Numbered from the stretch's first letter, positions 1 to 8,946 are shown. The stretch: DNA of 64,000 nucleotides from Acidimicrobiales bacterium (GCA_035536185.1 DATLOM010000018.1:7865-71864); one strand, 5' to 3'. Notes: a model not told the origin generated them from the letters alone. Numbers and translations: made by a program.

Positions 1-396
1 GAGCGGGGGTCCCTGCCCGAACGACAGCTCAACGGCGTGGCCATCGGGATCTGCCAGCATCGCCCAGTAGCCCAGGGGCGGCGGCTGATCTATTGGCCCC
101 ATGCTGAGAAGGCCCGCCTTCTGCGCCTCCTCGGCGCGACGGACGAGCTCTTCTTTGCTGGAGAACGCGATGCCGAGGTGGAAGTTCCCGGAGATCGGCT
201 GCACGTTGGCAGACTGGATTAGCGACAGCCGAAACCCACGGTCCTGGTCGGTCATCACACCGCTCTTGGTGCCCATGACGACCACCGGCTCGCCTACCAC
301 CTCCATCGATGCCCACCGCTTGTAGAACTCTATGCTGTTGTCCACGTTGCTGACCGGAAGGGCCATGTGGGTGAAACGAACCGACGCTCCGGCCAC
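1..396 (-). CDS. VOC (glyoxalase/bleomycin-resistance/dioxygenase) family protein; 3' end runs off the window
   Basis: Absent from the ORF track because there is no stop inside the window. My minus-strand translation from GTG at 396 reads VAGASVRFTHMALPVSNVDNSIEFYKRWASMEVV...FHLGIAFSSKEELVRRAEEAQKAGLL...WAMLADPDGHAVELSFGQ. An in-frame TAG lies just upstream. It is clearly paralogous to the CDS at 2998-3426. The track ORF 29-604(-) is the wrong frame. Confidence 0.7.
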   Translation of the reverse strand, partial: MAGASVRFTHMALPVSNVDNSIEFYKRWASMEVVGEPVVVMGTKSGVMTDQDRGFRLSLIQSANVQPISGNFHLGIAFSSKEELVRRAEEAQKAGLLSMGPIDQPPPLGYWAMLADPDGHAVELSFGQGPPL

Positions 397-438
397 GGCG
401 GGAACCCCTTTCGCTAGTAGGAAGGTCGACCGACCCTA

Positions 439-1449
439 ATGCAGAGCTTCGGTCCCTGTCAAAGTCGGTCGAAGCTGGTCCTTCTCGGAACTGCCGGGGG
501 GCCATGGCCGGCGAGGTCCCGGGCTGGCCCGGCGCAGGCCATGGTGGTGAACGAACGTGTCTACCTGGTCGACTGCGGCAGTGGCGTCGCCCGCCAGCTG
601 GCACGCTGCGGCCTGCTGCTGCGCCTCCACCAGGTGTTCGTCACCCACCTCCACTCGGACCACGCCTGTGACTTCTTCAACCTGTTCCTACTTTCCTGGC
701 CGTACCTGCAACACCGGGCGACGGCGGTCGAGGCTTGGGGACCTGGCCCCGCCGGCGGCCCGTCGGCCCTGCCGTCCGAGGACCCCGGTGACAGGCCGGT
801 GCCACTCGTCTCCCCGTCGAACCCGTGCCCGGGGCTCGTTAGCATGACCAACTCGCAGGTGGAGGCCCACGCCTACGACATCAACGTGCGGACCCGAGAG
901 GCGGGGCGGGCCGAGCTGTCAACGCTCATGGCGTTGCACGAGATCGCCATCCCAGACCACGTCGGCGCCAACCCGCCGGAGCAGGTAGCTCCTCCGATGG
1001 AGCCCTTCTTGGTGGCGGAGGACGACGCCGTGCGGGTGACCGCCATCTTGGTAGAACACCCCCCGGTGTTCCCAGCCTTCGCCTATCGCTTCGACACCGA
1101 GAGCGGGTCGGTGGTCATGTCAGGCGACACCGCGCCCTGCACCAACCTGCTCCGGCTGGCGCGCGGCGCCGACATCCTCGTCCACGAAGTCGTCGACGAC
1201 GACTTCATGCGCGAGCGTGCCGGGCCGTCGCCCCGGTCGCAGGCTTCCCTGCGACACGTGCTCCGCTCCCATACCTCGGTGCACGACGTTGGAACGGTGG
1301 CCGCGCAGGCAGGGGTGCGCACCCTCGTGCTGACCCACTTCATTCCGTCAGTCGATGGCATACCGGACGAGCACTGGTCGGCATGCGCCCGAGCAGGGTT
1401 CGATGGCAGGGTAGTCGTCGGCCGCGACCTCCTGGAGATCGAGTTGTGA
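439..1449 (+). CDS. MBL-fold metallo-hydrolase
   Basis: Has the HxHxDH metal motif (VFVTHLHSDHACDF). The N-terminus KLVLLGTAGGPWP and the segment VYLVDCGSGV are typical of the RNase Z/MBL fold. A late His occurs in LVLTHFIP. Confidence 0.85.
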   Translation: MQSFGPCQSRSKLVLLGTAGGPWPARSRAGPAQAMVVNERVYLVDCGSGVARQLARCGLLLRLHQVFVTHLHSDHACDFFNLFLLSWPYLQHRATAVEAWGPGPAGGPSALPSEDPGDRPVPLVSPSNPCPGLVSMTNSQVEAHAYDINVRTREAGRAELSTLMALHEIAIPDHVGANPPEQVAPPMEPFLVAEDDAVRVTAILVEHPPVFPAFAYRFDTESGSVVMSGDTAPCTNLLRLARGADILVHEVVDDDFMRERAGPSPRSQASLRHVLRSHTSVHDVGTVAAQAGVRTLVLTHFIPSVDGIPDEHWSACARAGFDGRVVVGRDLLEIEL

Positions 1450-1466
1450 GCCGGCGGGGCGCTCCC

Positions 1467-2960
1467 ATGGCACGCCCACCTGCCAACCTGGCGGCGGCCA
1501 TGGAGGCAACTGCGGAGGCCGCGGGATGGGGCGAGTCCGCCGCATTCGTTGCGGGCGGGCGGGTACTCACGCACGCCGAAGTACACGCTGGGGGGGCTCG
1601 GGCCGCGTCGCTGCTGGCCGATCTCGGGGTGGGCCAGGGCGATCGAGTCCTCCTCGCCCTGCTCGACGGCGTCGAGTTCGTCCTGGCCTTCCTCGGCGCC
1701 GTCCGCCTCGGGGCCATCGCCGTCCCTGTCAACCCCCGCCTCACCACCAACGACCACCACTACATGATTCAAGACTCCTCCGCTGCGCTGGCGGTGTGCG
1801 AGGCGCACCTCGCCGAGCGCTTCAGCCCCTCGGCGGCGGTGATCGCCGCCGAGGAGCTGGCGGCGGGGTTGGCCGGTTGCATGCCCCACCCGCCTGCCTC
1901 GGTGGACGCCTCCTCGCCCGCCTACGCGCAGTACACCTCGGGCACGACGGGCGCTCCCAAGGCAGCGGTGCACCGGCACAGCGATCCCCTCGTGTACTTC
2001 GACGCCTTCGCGGCGGGGGCCCTGGGTCTGGCTACCGACGACGTCATCCTGTCGATCTCGAAGCTGTACTTCGCCTACGGGCTGGGCAACTCGTTGTTCT
2101 TCCCGCTTTTGGGCGGGGCACGGGCGGTCCTCCACGCCGGCGTGGCCATGCCTGACGAGATCTCTCGACTCGTCGAGGCGCATGCGGTCAGCGTGCTGTT
2201 CAGCGTACCTACCCTTTACGCTCGCCTCGCCACGTCCGGTCGGCCCTCGAGCTTCGTCTCGCTGAGGGCGGCCGTCTCCGCAGGAGAGTCACTTACGGTT
2301 GCGCTAGCCCGCCGCGCCCAAGACTTCCTCGGATGCCCCGTCATAGACGGGCTCGGGTCGACTGAGGTCGGCCATACCTTCGTGAGCAACACGATCGAGC
2401 ACAGCCGAACGGGGAGCGTCGGTTTGCCTCTACCGCCCTATGAGGTGGCTGTGCGAGACAGCCGGGGCAGGAACCTGCCCGCCGAACGGGTGGGGACGCT
2501 GTGGGTACGCGGGCCGACGGTGCTGCTGGAGTATCTCGGCAGGCCAGAGGCCGCCTCCGAGATCCTCGCGCAGGGATGGTTGTGCACCGGAGACCTGGCG
2601 GCAACTGACAGCGACGGGTTCGTCCACCTTCACGGACGCGCCGACGACATCGAGATGGTGGCCGGCATCAGCGTCGCGCCGCGGGAGATCGAGGAGCTGC
2701 TCGCCGGCCACGATGCGGTTTCGGAGGTCGCGGTAGCGGCCGTCCGCAAGCCGGACGGCGCCTCCCGGCTCGAGGCCTTCGTCGTCGTTGCGCCAGGTGA
2801 ATCGCCGGGCGATTGGCTCGCTGCTCAACTGGTCAGCCTTGCTCGCGCCCACCTGGCGCCACACAAGGTGCCTCAGGCGATCCGCCTAGTGGGCGATCTG
2901 CCGAGGACTTCGACCGGCAAGCTCCGCCGCTTCGTCCTCCGCTCTGGCTGGAGGGGCTGA
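1467..2960 (+). CDS. Aryl-CoA ligase, benzoate/4-hydroxybenzoate-CoA ligase-like (AMP-forming)
   Basis: ANL-superfamily motifs are present: YTSGTTGAPKAAVHRH, GWLCTGDLAATDSDGFVHLHGRADDIEMVAGISVAPREIEE and PRTSTGKLRRF. The N-terminal block GDRVLLALLDGVEFVLAFLGAVRLGAIAVPVNPRL...YMIQDS is typical of the benzoate-CoA ligase subgroup. I chose the ATG at 1467 (MARPPANL) rather than the track start 1383, which overlaps the previous gene. Confidence 0.85.
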   Translation: MARPPANLAAAMEATAEAAGWGESAAFVAGGRVLTHAEVHAGGARAASLLADLGVGQGDRVLLALLDGVEFVLAFLGAVRLGAIAVPVNPRLTTNDHHYMIQDSSAALAVCEAHLAERFSPSAAVIAAEELAAGLAGCMPHPPASVDASSPAYAQYTSGTTGAPKAAVHRHSDPLVYFDAFAAGALGLATDDVILSISKLYFAYGLGNSLFFPLLGGARAVLHAGVAMPDEISRLVEAHAVSVLFSVPTLYARLATSGRPSSFVSLRAAVSAGESLTVALARRAQDFLGCPVIDGLGSTEVGHTFVSNTIEHSRTGSVGLPLPPYEVAVRDSRGRNLPAERVGTLWVRGPTVLLEYLGRPEAASEILAQGWLCTGDLAATDSDGFVHLHGRADDIEMVAGISVAPREIEELLAGHDAVSEVAVAAVRKPDGASRLEAFVVVAPGESPGDWLAAQLVSLARAHLAPHKVPQAIRLVGDLPRTSTGKLRRFVLRSGWRG

Positions 2961-2997
2961 AACGCTTGTTGCCGCGGCAAGCCTCGGTTTCGTCGTG

Positions 2998-3426
2998 CTA
3001 TCCGTGGTAGAACTCCACCTGGTGGCCGTCCGGATCCGAGATGAAGGCGGAGAGGCCAAGGGGGCCCGGTCGTGCCTCGGAGTCAAGCGTCCGAAAGCCC
3101 TCACTCGCCGCAGCTTCAGCCACGGTGGTGACCTGTTCGTCACTGTCCAGGCTCACGCCTATGTGCCCCGTCCCTGCCAGCGGCACCACGTCCCGGCTCT
3201 TGACGAGCATGAGTGCGAAAGAGCCGGATTTGTCCGTGAGCCTGACCATCGAGCCGTCCTCTACCGGGTGGCTCAGGCCCGGCTCGATCTCCAGCGAGGC
3301 CCAGCGCTGGTAGAACTCGGTGCTGCGCTTCAGGTCCGTGACCGGTAGCGCCAAATGCGTGATCCTGGAAGTGCCGCTGGCCACGGGAGAACCCTTTCGT
3401 CGCGTGATGAAGACGCCGGTTACCAT
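2998..3426 (-). CDS. VOC (glyoxalase/dioxygenase) family protein
   Basis: Reads SRITHLALPVTDLKRSTEFYQRWASLEIE...GHIGVSLDSDEQV...FISDPDGHQVEFYHG. Paralog of the partial CDS at 1-396. The start is taken at the internal ATG (MVTGVF); the track start 3498 is an upstream extension. Confidence 0.8.
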   Translation of the reverse strand: MVTGVFITRRKGSPVASGTSRITHLALPVTDLKRSTEFYQRWASLEIEPGLSHPVEDGSMVRLTDKSGSFALMLVKSRDVVPLAGTGHIGVSLDSDEQVTTVAEAAASEGFRTLDSEARPGPLGLSAFISDPDGHQVEFYHG

Positions 3427-3571
3427 AGGACCCACGCTCCGCGGTGTCAAGGCTGCCTCCCGCCCGGCGCCTGCTTGCGGGCAGTCAGCTTGATCCACCT
3501 AGGCGACGCGAAGGAGGTCCGAGTCACGTGCCCACGTCCGGGCACGTGAGCATCGTGGAGGGAGTGGTGAG

Positions 3572-4684
3572 GTGACCGGTGGAGCGCCGGCGGTCGTGTG
3601 GGTGCTTGGCATGCACCGGGGCGGCACCTCGATGGTGACGCGCCTTCTGAACTTGCTCGGCGTGCCGGTCTGCCGCCACGACGACCTGTTCAACCCCGCG
3701 GTTGATCCGTACAACCCAACGGGCCATTGGGAAAGCCGAACCATGCTGTTGCTGAACGAGCAACTGCTCGCCATGATGGGGGCGCACTGGGCATTCCCGC
3801 CTGTGCTCCCGTCGAACTGGGAGCACCGCCCCGACATGGCTCAAATGGCGCCGGAGGCGGCCGACGCCGTGCGCAAGGTCCACCCGACGACCACGTGGTT
3901 GTGCAAGGACCCGCGACTGTGCCTGACCTTGCCGTTCTGGCTCGCCGCCTTGGAACCGGCGCCCCTAGTGGTGCTGGTGAGCCGCCACCCGGTCGACGTG
4001 GCGCACTCGCTCGAGGCACGCGAGGGTTTCTCGCTCGAGCACGGCCTGGCGGCGTGGGAGCGCTACCTGCGCTCCGCTATCGCCGCGACTGCAGGCCTGC
4101 GTGTCCACGTCGTTCGCTACGAGGACGCGCTCACCGACCCGCTCTCCTGGTCTTGGCGGCTCCAGGTTTGGCTCGCCAAATACGGCGTGTCGGCACGGAT
4201 GCCTAGGAACGAGGATATCGAAGCCTTCGTCAACCCGCTCCTGTGCCACAGCAGCAGTGAGGACGCCGAGATGGCCGGCCATCCTGTCGTCTCGACCGAG
4301 CAGCGGGCGCTGCACCGCCTGATCGAGGCCAAGGCGGGCGGACATGACCATTTCACGGTGGCCGATACCGGCAGAGAGACACCCAACACTGACGCCGTCC
4401 TCGCTCGGGTGGCGCTCACGCCTCCCCAGCGCCTGCGTACCCCGCGAGGCATTCTTGACACTGGCGGCGTTGCGCGCCGCCTCGGCCTGGCCATGTCCCA
4501 AGTCAACGTCCTTCACGACGGAGGTGAGCTCCCTCGCGGGTACTCTCATCCCGCGCTTGGGTTTCCCGTATGGGATGAGCCGGTCATCGACCAGTGGGCG
4601 TCTCAGCATGCCGGTTTGCTCACCGAGTTGGTTGCCGACCACGGGCGCGGTGGCGCCCCTACGCCTCCGCTTTCGACCGGATGA
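3572..4684 (+). CDS. Sulfotransferase family protein (Stf0-like) with a C-terminal HTH-like extension
   Basis: Has the PAPS 5'-phosphosulfate-binding loop VVWVLGMHRGGTSMVTRLL and the downstream VVRYEDALTDP block. GTG start is preceded by GGAGGGAG. The C-terminal ~90 aa (ILDTGGVARRLGLAMSQVNVLHDGGELPRGY...PVWDEPVIDQWA) looks like an excisionase/MerR-type HTH. Confidence 0.75.
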   Translation: MTGGAPAVVWVLGMHRGGTSMVTRLLNLLGVPVCRHDDLFNPAVDPYNPTGHWESRTMLLLNEQLLAMMGAHWAFPPVLPSNWEHRPDMAQMAPEAADAVRKVHPTTTWLCKDPRLCLTLPFWLAALEPAPLVVLVSRHPVDVAHSLEAREGFSLEHGLAAWERYLRSAIAATAGLRVHVVRYEDALTDPLSWSWRLQVWLAKYGVSARMPRNEDIEAFVNPLLCHSSSEDAEMAGHPVVSTEQRALHRLIEAKAGGHDHFTVADTGRETPNTDAVLARVALTPPQRLRTPRGILDTGGVARRLGLAMSQVNVLHDGGELPRGYSHPALGFPVWDEPVIDQWASQHAGLLTELVADHGRGGAPTPPLSTG

Positions 4685-4910
4685 ACTGCGCCAGGCAGAA
4701 GATCGAGTTGAAGTGCTCGGCGGTGAGCTCCTCGTCGAGGATCTGCACTCCGAACTCTGTCTCCATGAAGCCAACGAGGTTCACGATGCCGAGCGAGTCG
4801 AGCACCTGACCGTCCAGGAGGGCGCGCCCGTCCGTCAGCTCTGCTGCTGACCAGCCGTCCCGCTCCATCTCTTCGGCGATGAACGCCCGCAGCTTTCCCT
4901 CGACCGTCAC
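4659..4910 (-). CDS. Acyl carrier protein (stand-alone)
   Basis: Has the phosphopantetheine-attachment motif LDGQVLDSLGIVNLVGFMETEFG. GTG start at 4910 (VTVEGKLRAFIAEEM). Only the last 83 codons of track ORF 4659-5270 are used. It lies directly downstream of the GT1 gene on the same strand. Confidence 0.8.
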   Translation of the reverse strand: MTVEGKLRAFIAEEMERDGWSAAELTDGRALLDGQVLDSLGIVNLVGFMETEFGVQILDEELTAEHFNSIFCLAQFIRSKAEA

Positions 4911-4951
4911 GCGCCTGCTCCTCGTGGCCTCAGATGCTCGCTCAACAACGG

Positions 4952-6187
4952 TCAAAACCTGGGAAAGGACATGGTAGATGTCACGGGCGCCCTTTCGCGT
5001 GCCAACCGCTCGAGGAGCCCTACGGCGGCATCGGGGCCCGGCATGGCTTCGATCTCGTCCTTCAGGCGAAGGGCATTGAGCCGGTAGACCGGATCGGACA
5101 ACAAGATGGCAGCCTCCTCGCGTACGGCTGACGCGGTTACTTGCGGCGGCGCGAGGAACCGTCCTGCGCCGATTGACCGCACCCGGAGCGCGTTGACGAA
5201 ATTGTCGGCCGCCTGGGGCAGCACGAGCATCGGAACACCGTGGCTCAGGGCCGCCATCATGCTGCCCCATCCGCCGTGGGTGACAAGCACGTCGCAGCCA
5301 GGTAGGACAACGTCAAAGGGTGCCCATGGAGCGAACCTCATGTCGGCAGACGGTGCCACATCGCCCGTAGTGCCGTTGCCAAGACCCACGACCAAGGAGC
5401 GGCCGACGCCTGAAAGGCCGTCCACAATGGCGCTAATGACGTCTGTTGCATCGTTGAAGACTGTTCCCAGGCTCACCAGGAGCCTCGGGCCGGGGCCTGC
5501 GAACCCGTCCTCCGAGAACGAGCCGCCGCCCAGAGCTGGAACACTGAAGTGCACCGGACGCAACGGATGGGCGGTGCCGAGGGGGTTCTGAGCCGCCAAC
5601 AAATGGAGGCTGGGTGGCACGAGATCCAGGTCCAGATAACGCAGCGCGGGAAATGCCTCTCCACGTGGGTCAAACGTCCTGAGCCCCAGCTCGCTACGAA
5701 AGGTGTTCAGCGCTGACCACTCCGGCTTCTCGGTGGAGCCTCCACCTCCCGGGGCATGGCTCCGTCCGAGCGCGGCTGGAATGAAGTTGCGAAGCAGGAC
5801 GTACGGAGTGTCAGTCATCTCCGCCGCAAGCAAACCCCCTAGCTCGAAGAGTGTGAAGAGGAGAAGGTCCGGGCGCCAAGACTCAATCAGGGTTAGCAGA
5901 TCCGGCACCATGGCGCGGGGCGCAACCTCGTTGAAAATCCGCATGAGTTCGGCCGCCCGTGCCCTCGGGCTGCCCATATCGACGCCCGGTGATACCAGCT
6001 CGGGGCGGCTCTCGACCCAGTCGAGCCCCGCCCGTTCCACACTGAGACCGGCGCGCTCCACAGTAGGGGCGAACGACGCGCTGGTGGCCACTCGGACCTC
6101 GTGGCCGGACTGGCCCAACGCACGGGCCAGCGGGACCACGGGGTGGAAATGGCCGTGCCCCGGTATCACCGTCATCAGCACCCGCAC
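4952..6187 (-). CDS. Glycosyltransferase family 1 (MGT/UDP-glycosyltransferase type)
   Basis: The N-terminus MRVLMTVIPGHGHFHPVVPLARALGQSGHEV and the C-terminal nucleotide-sugar motif VLVTHGGWGSMMAALSHGVPMLVLPQAADNF match this family. Confidence 0.85.
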   Translation of the reverse strand: MRVLMTVIPGHGHFHPVVPLARALGQSGHEVRVATSASFAPTVERAGLSVERAGLDWVESRPELVSPGVDMGSPRARAAELMRIFNEVAPRAMVPDLLTLIESWRPDLLLFTLFELGGLLAAEMTDTPYVLLRNFIPAALGRSHAPGGGGSTEKPEWSALNTFRSELGLRTFDPRGEAFPALRYLDLDLVPPSLHLLAAQNPLGTAHPLRPVHFSVPALGGGSFSEDGFAGPGPRLLVSLGTVFNDATDVISAIVDGLSGVGRSLVVGLGNGTTGDVAPSADMRFAPWAPFDVVLPGCDVLVTHGGWGSMMAALSHGVPMLVLPQAADNFVNALRVRSIGAGRFLAPPQVTASAVREEAAILLSDPVYRLNALRLKDEIEAMPGPDAAVGLLERLARERAPVTSTMSFPRF

Positions 6188-6247
6188 AGAGCAAGGTTAG
6201 ACGTCTCGGGTGCACAAGCGGTCGAGGCCGGGTAAGGTCAGCGCGGC

Positions 6248-7990
6248 GTGGCGATCCTGCCCGACCTCCTACGTATGCGGGCCGAGAGCACTCCTGCGAT
6301 GGCGGCGGTCGTGGTGGACGGCTCGAGCTCCCTCAGCTTCGAGCGGTGGGAGCGCCGTTCGAACGCCTTCGCCCGTGGCCTAGCGCGCCGAGGTGTCCGC
6401 CCCGGCGATCCGGTCCTCCTCGTTTTCGACAACTCACATTTGACTGACTACGCCGTTGCCTACGTCGGGGTGCACAAGGCAGCAGCGGTGGCAGTTCCGG
6501 TCAGCTCCCGTATCGCAGCGCCCGCTCTGGAGGGGATCCTTCGCCAGTGCGGCGCAGCAGCAGTCATCCGGCCGCTCGATCTCGGCCCCTGTTTGCAGGC
6601 CCCACCGCTTTGGGGGCGGGCGTGGCATGCAGATCCTGCAACCCTCGAAGCGGACCACAGCATCGAAGAGTTCCAGGTGCCACTCGCGCCCGGCGACCGA
6701 GCCGAGATCCTCTACACCTCCGGGACGGTCGGCACCCGCAAGGGGGTTTCGTGCTCGCACGAGGACATCACTCTCGACGCTCGTCCGCCTGTCGCAGAAC
6801 GCTGTCCGCGAGCGGCCACCTTGTTCCTTCACGCCTTCCCTCCCGGGACTAACGCGGCTCAAGAAGGTATCAGGCTGCCGTTGCGCCATGGCGACAAGTG
6901 CGGAGTGGTGCTCCCGAGCTTCGAGCCCGAGCGCTTCTGCCAGGTCATTTGTGAGCGGGGTATCTCACGCCTCCAGCTCGTACCCGCCCTCGCCCAAGTT
7001 ATCCTGGAATCGGGTGCGCCAGCTCGCTACGACGTCACCTCGATCGAGCGGGTCGTGCTGACTGGAGCCCCCGCCCCACCTGCGCTCCTGGCGAAGCTCG
7101 CTGATGCCTTTCCGCGTGCCGCGATCTGGAACTCCTACACCCTGACGGAGGCAGCCCAGGCGAGGACGATCATGCGCTACGACGGCACGCGGGCGGGCTC
7201 GGTGGGGCGGCCGGACGCCGGCACCGAGGTGCGCGTGGCCGACGCAGTCGGCGTGGATCTTCCGCCGGGGCAGACCGGTGAGATCTGGCTGCGGCGCGCG
7301 GGTGGGCCGCAGCGTCACTACCACGATGATCCCGAAGCCACTTCGGCTGCCTTCGTCGACGGCTGGCTCCGCACCGGTGACCTCGGCTACCTCGACACCG
7401 ACGGCTACCTCTACTTGGTGGACCGGAAAGACGACGTAATCGTGTCCGGCGGGTCCAAAATCTCTTGCATCGAGGTAGAAGCGGTGCTGGCCGAGCATCC
7501 AGCTGTGGTCGAGGCGGCAGTCTTCTCGCTTCCCCATGGCGTGCTCGGCCACGCGGTGGCGGCGGCGGCGGCCGTGCGCTCCCATGTCGAAGTTGCGTCG
7601 CTTCGGTCGTTCGTTCGCCGTCGCCTGGGCGACATCGAGGCACCGCAGCAGATCCTGCTCGTCGAACGCCTCCCGCGTAACCAGTCGGGCAAGGTGCTCA
7701 AGGACGACCTCCGCCGGGCCATGCTGAACGCGCCAGCGCCGGTCCCGATCGGGTTGGCCGAGGGAGCGACGCAGATCGCCATTCGCTCGATGTGGCAAGA
7801 GGTACTAGGCGTGGAGCAAGTGGGGCCGGACGACGACTTCTTCGACCAGGGCGGGCACTCTCTCGCTGCATCACGTGTGCTGTCGCGGATCGAGGAACAA
7901 CTGGGGGTGCGGCTGGCCGTAACGGCTATTTTCGACTGCCCGACTGTAGCGGCGCTCTCGGCGGCGGTGGACCGGGCTCGCCGTGGTTGA
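6248..7990 (+). CDS. Adenylation-carrier didomain protein (acyl/aryl-AMP ligase fused to a PCP/ArCP)
   Basis: Adenylation motifs LYTSGTVGTRKGV, GWLRTGDLGYLDTDGYLYLVDRKDDVIVSGGSKI and PRNQSGKVLK. The C-terminal carrier domain reads DDFFDQGGHSLAASRVLSRIEEQLG (GGHSL Ser). Same architecture as FadD22-type loaders. Confidence 0.85.
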   Translation: MAILPDLLRMRAESTPAMAAVVVDGSSSLSFERWERRSNAFARGLARRGVRPGDPVLLVFDNSHLTDYAVAYVGVHKAAAVAVPVSSRIAAPALEGILRQCGAAAVIRPLDLGPCLQAPPLWGRAWHADPATLEADHSIEEFQVPLAPGDRAEILYTSGTVGTRKGVSCSHEDITLDARPPVAERCPRAATLFLHAFPPGTNAAQEGIRLPLRHGDKCGVVLPSFEPERFCQVICERGISRLQLVPALAQVILESGAPARYDVTSIERVVLTGAPAPPALLAKLADAFPRAAIWNSYTLTEAAQARTIMRYDGTRAGSVGRPDAGTEVRVADAVGVDLPPGQTGEIWLRRAGGPQRHYHDDPEATSAAFVDGWLRTGDLGYLDTDGYLYLVDRKDDVIVSGGSKISCIEVEAVLAEHPAVVEAAVFSLPHGVLGHAVAAAAAVRSHVEVASLRSFVRRRLGDIEAPQQILLVERLPRNQSGKVLKDDLRRAMLNAPAPVPIGLAEGATQIAIRSMWQEVLGVEQVGPDDDFFDQGGHSLAASRVLSRIEEQLGVRLAVTAIFDCPTVAALSAAVDRARRG

Positions 7991-7991
7991 C

Positions 7992-8819
7992 CTACGCATC
8001 GCTACGGCCGAGGATGCCAGCGACCCAGTCAGCAGTCATGTGAAGGGGTGCCTGGCTCGCGCTCTCGGCGTCGCGGCGCCAGAGTTCACTCTGCAACCAC
8101 CACGAAACCTCGAGCGGAGCCACCGCCGCGGTCACGGCGACGCCATGGCTCGCGAGATGCTCGGTCACCTTTGTGTACTCATCCCTCAGATGCTCGCTCC
8201 CACCGAACTGCACCAGCAGCACGGGAGAGGTGCAGCGGCGCAGCTCGCTGGAAAGATCATGGCCTTCGAGGCTCTCGTAGAGCGAACGCTCGATCTGGTA
8301 GCCGAGAACGTCCACGCAACCTTGGGCGCGCATTTGCTCGTCGAAGGATTGGCTGCTGGCGCTACCGCTCCTGCCCCGTCGCAGGTCGCTGACGATCCGT
8401 GCTCGGTAGGCCTGGCGGACATAGGAACCGACATCTACGACGGGTTCCCATAGAGCAATTGCGGCTGTTTCAGCGTCGGCCGTTGCGGCCGCGGCCAACG
8501 CCCCAACGCGCGTGCCCAACAGCGCCACGCGGGTAATGCCCGCGGCATTCCTCAGCTGGTCGGCGGCCGCGCCCACGTCCTCGCACATCGTATCGAACGA
8601 AAGTTGCGCGCTTTCACCGTCGCTGTGGCCCGCCCCCCCGTAGTGGAATCGCTGGACCGCCAGACCTCGCCGGGCCAGCACGCGGGACATGAGCACCTCC
8701 CGGCGGTAGTTCTTGGGGAACTCCCCGTGGATCGGCGAGCACACCACCACCCCTGCAGAGGGGCGAGTGCTGGGCAGGAGCCTCGAACCGAACAGCCGGC
8801 GCCCGGCCATGCCGAACAT
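7992..8819 (-). CDS. Alpha/beta-hydrolase-fold protein, atypical nucleophile elbow
   Basis: Reads GVVVCSPIHGEFPKNYRREV...VQRFHYGGAGHSDGES...RVALLGTRVGALAAA...IALWEPVV. The position where G-x-S-x-G is expected reads G-T-R-V-G. Start taken at ATG 8819 (MFGMAGRRLFG); a GTG at 8879 is an alternative. Confidence 0.7.
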   Translation of the reverse strand: MFGMAGRRLFGSRLLPSTRPSAGVVVCSPIHGEFPKNYRREVLMSRVLARRGLAVQRFHYGGAGHSDGESAQLSFDTMCEDVGAAADQLRNAAGITRVALLGTRVGALAAAATADAETAAIALWEPVVDVGSYVRQAYRARIVSDLRRGRSGSASSQSFDEQMRAQGCVDVLGYQIERSLYESLEGHDLSSELRRCTSPVLLVQFGGSEHLRDEYTKVTEHLASHGVAVTAAVAPLEVSWWLQSELWRRDAESASQAPLHMTADWVAGILGRSDA

Positions 8820-8946
8820 CTCGACCTCCTGTCGCAGGCCGCCGCCGACCTCGATTCCACACACCGCCACCACTTCGACTCTACGCCGTGGCGCGCGGTT
8901 GGAGGAATTATCCTGCCCCGTGGCCGAGGACAAGGGCTGAGGCGGC

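Noticed and set aside
29-604. 191-aa minus-strand ORF at the left edge
   Set aside because: It is the wrong frame. The adjacent frame encodes a clean VOC-fold protein (1-396), and this ORF would also overlap the MBL hydrolase start.
1083-2183. 366-aa ORF on the minus strand
   Set aside because: It is antisense to the MBL hydrolase and the aryl-CoA ligase. It has no motifs.
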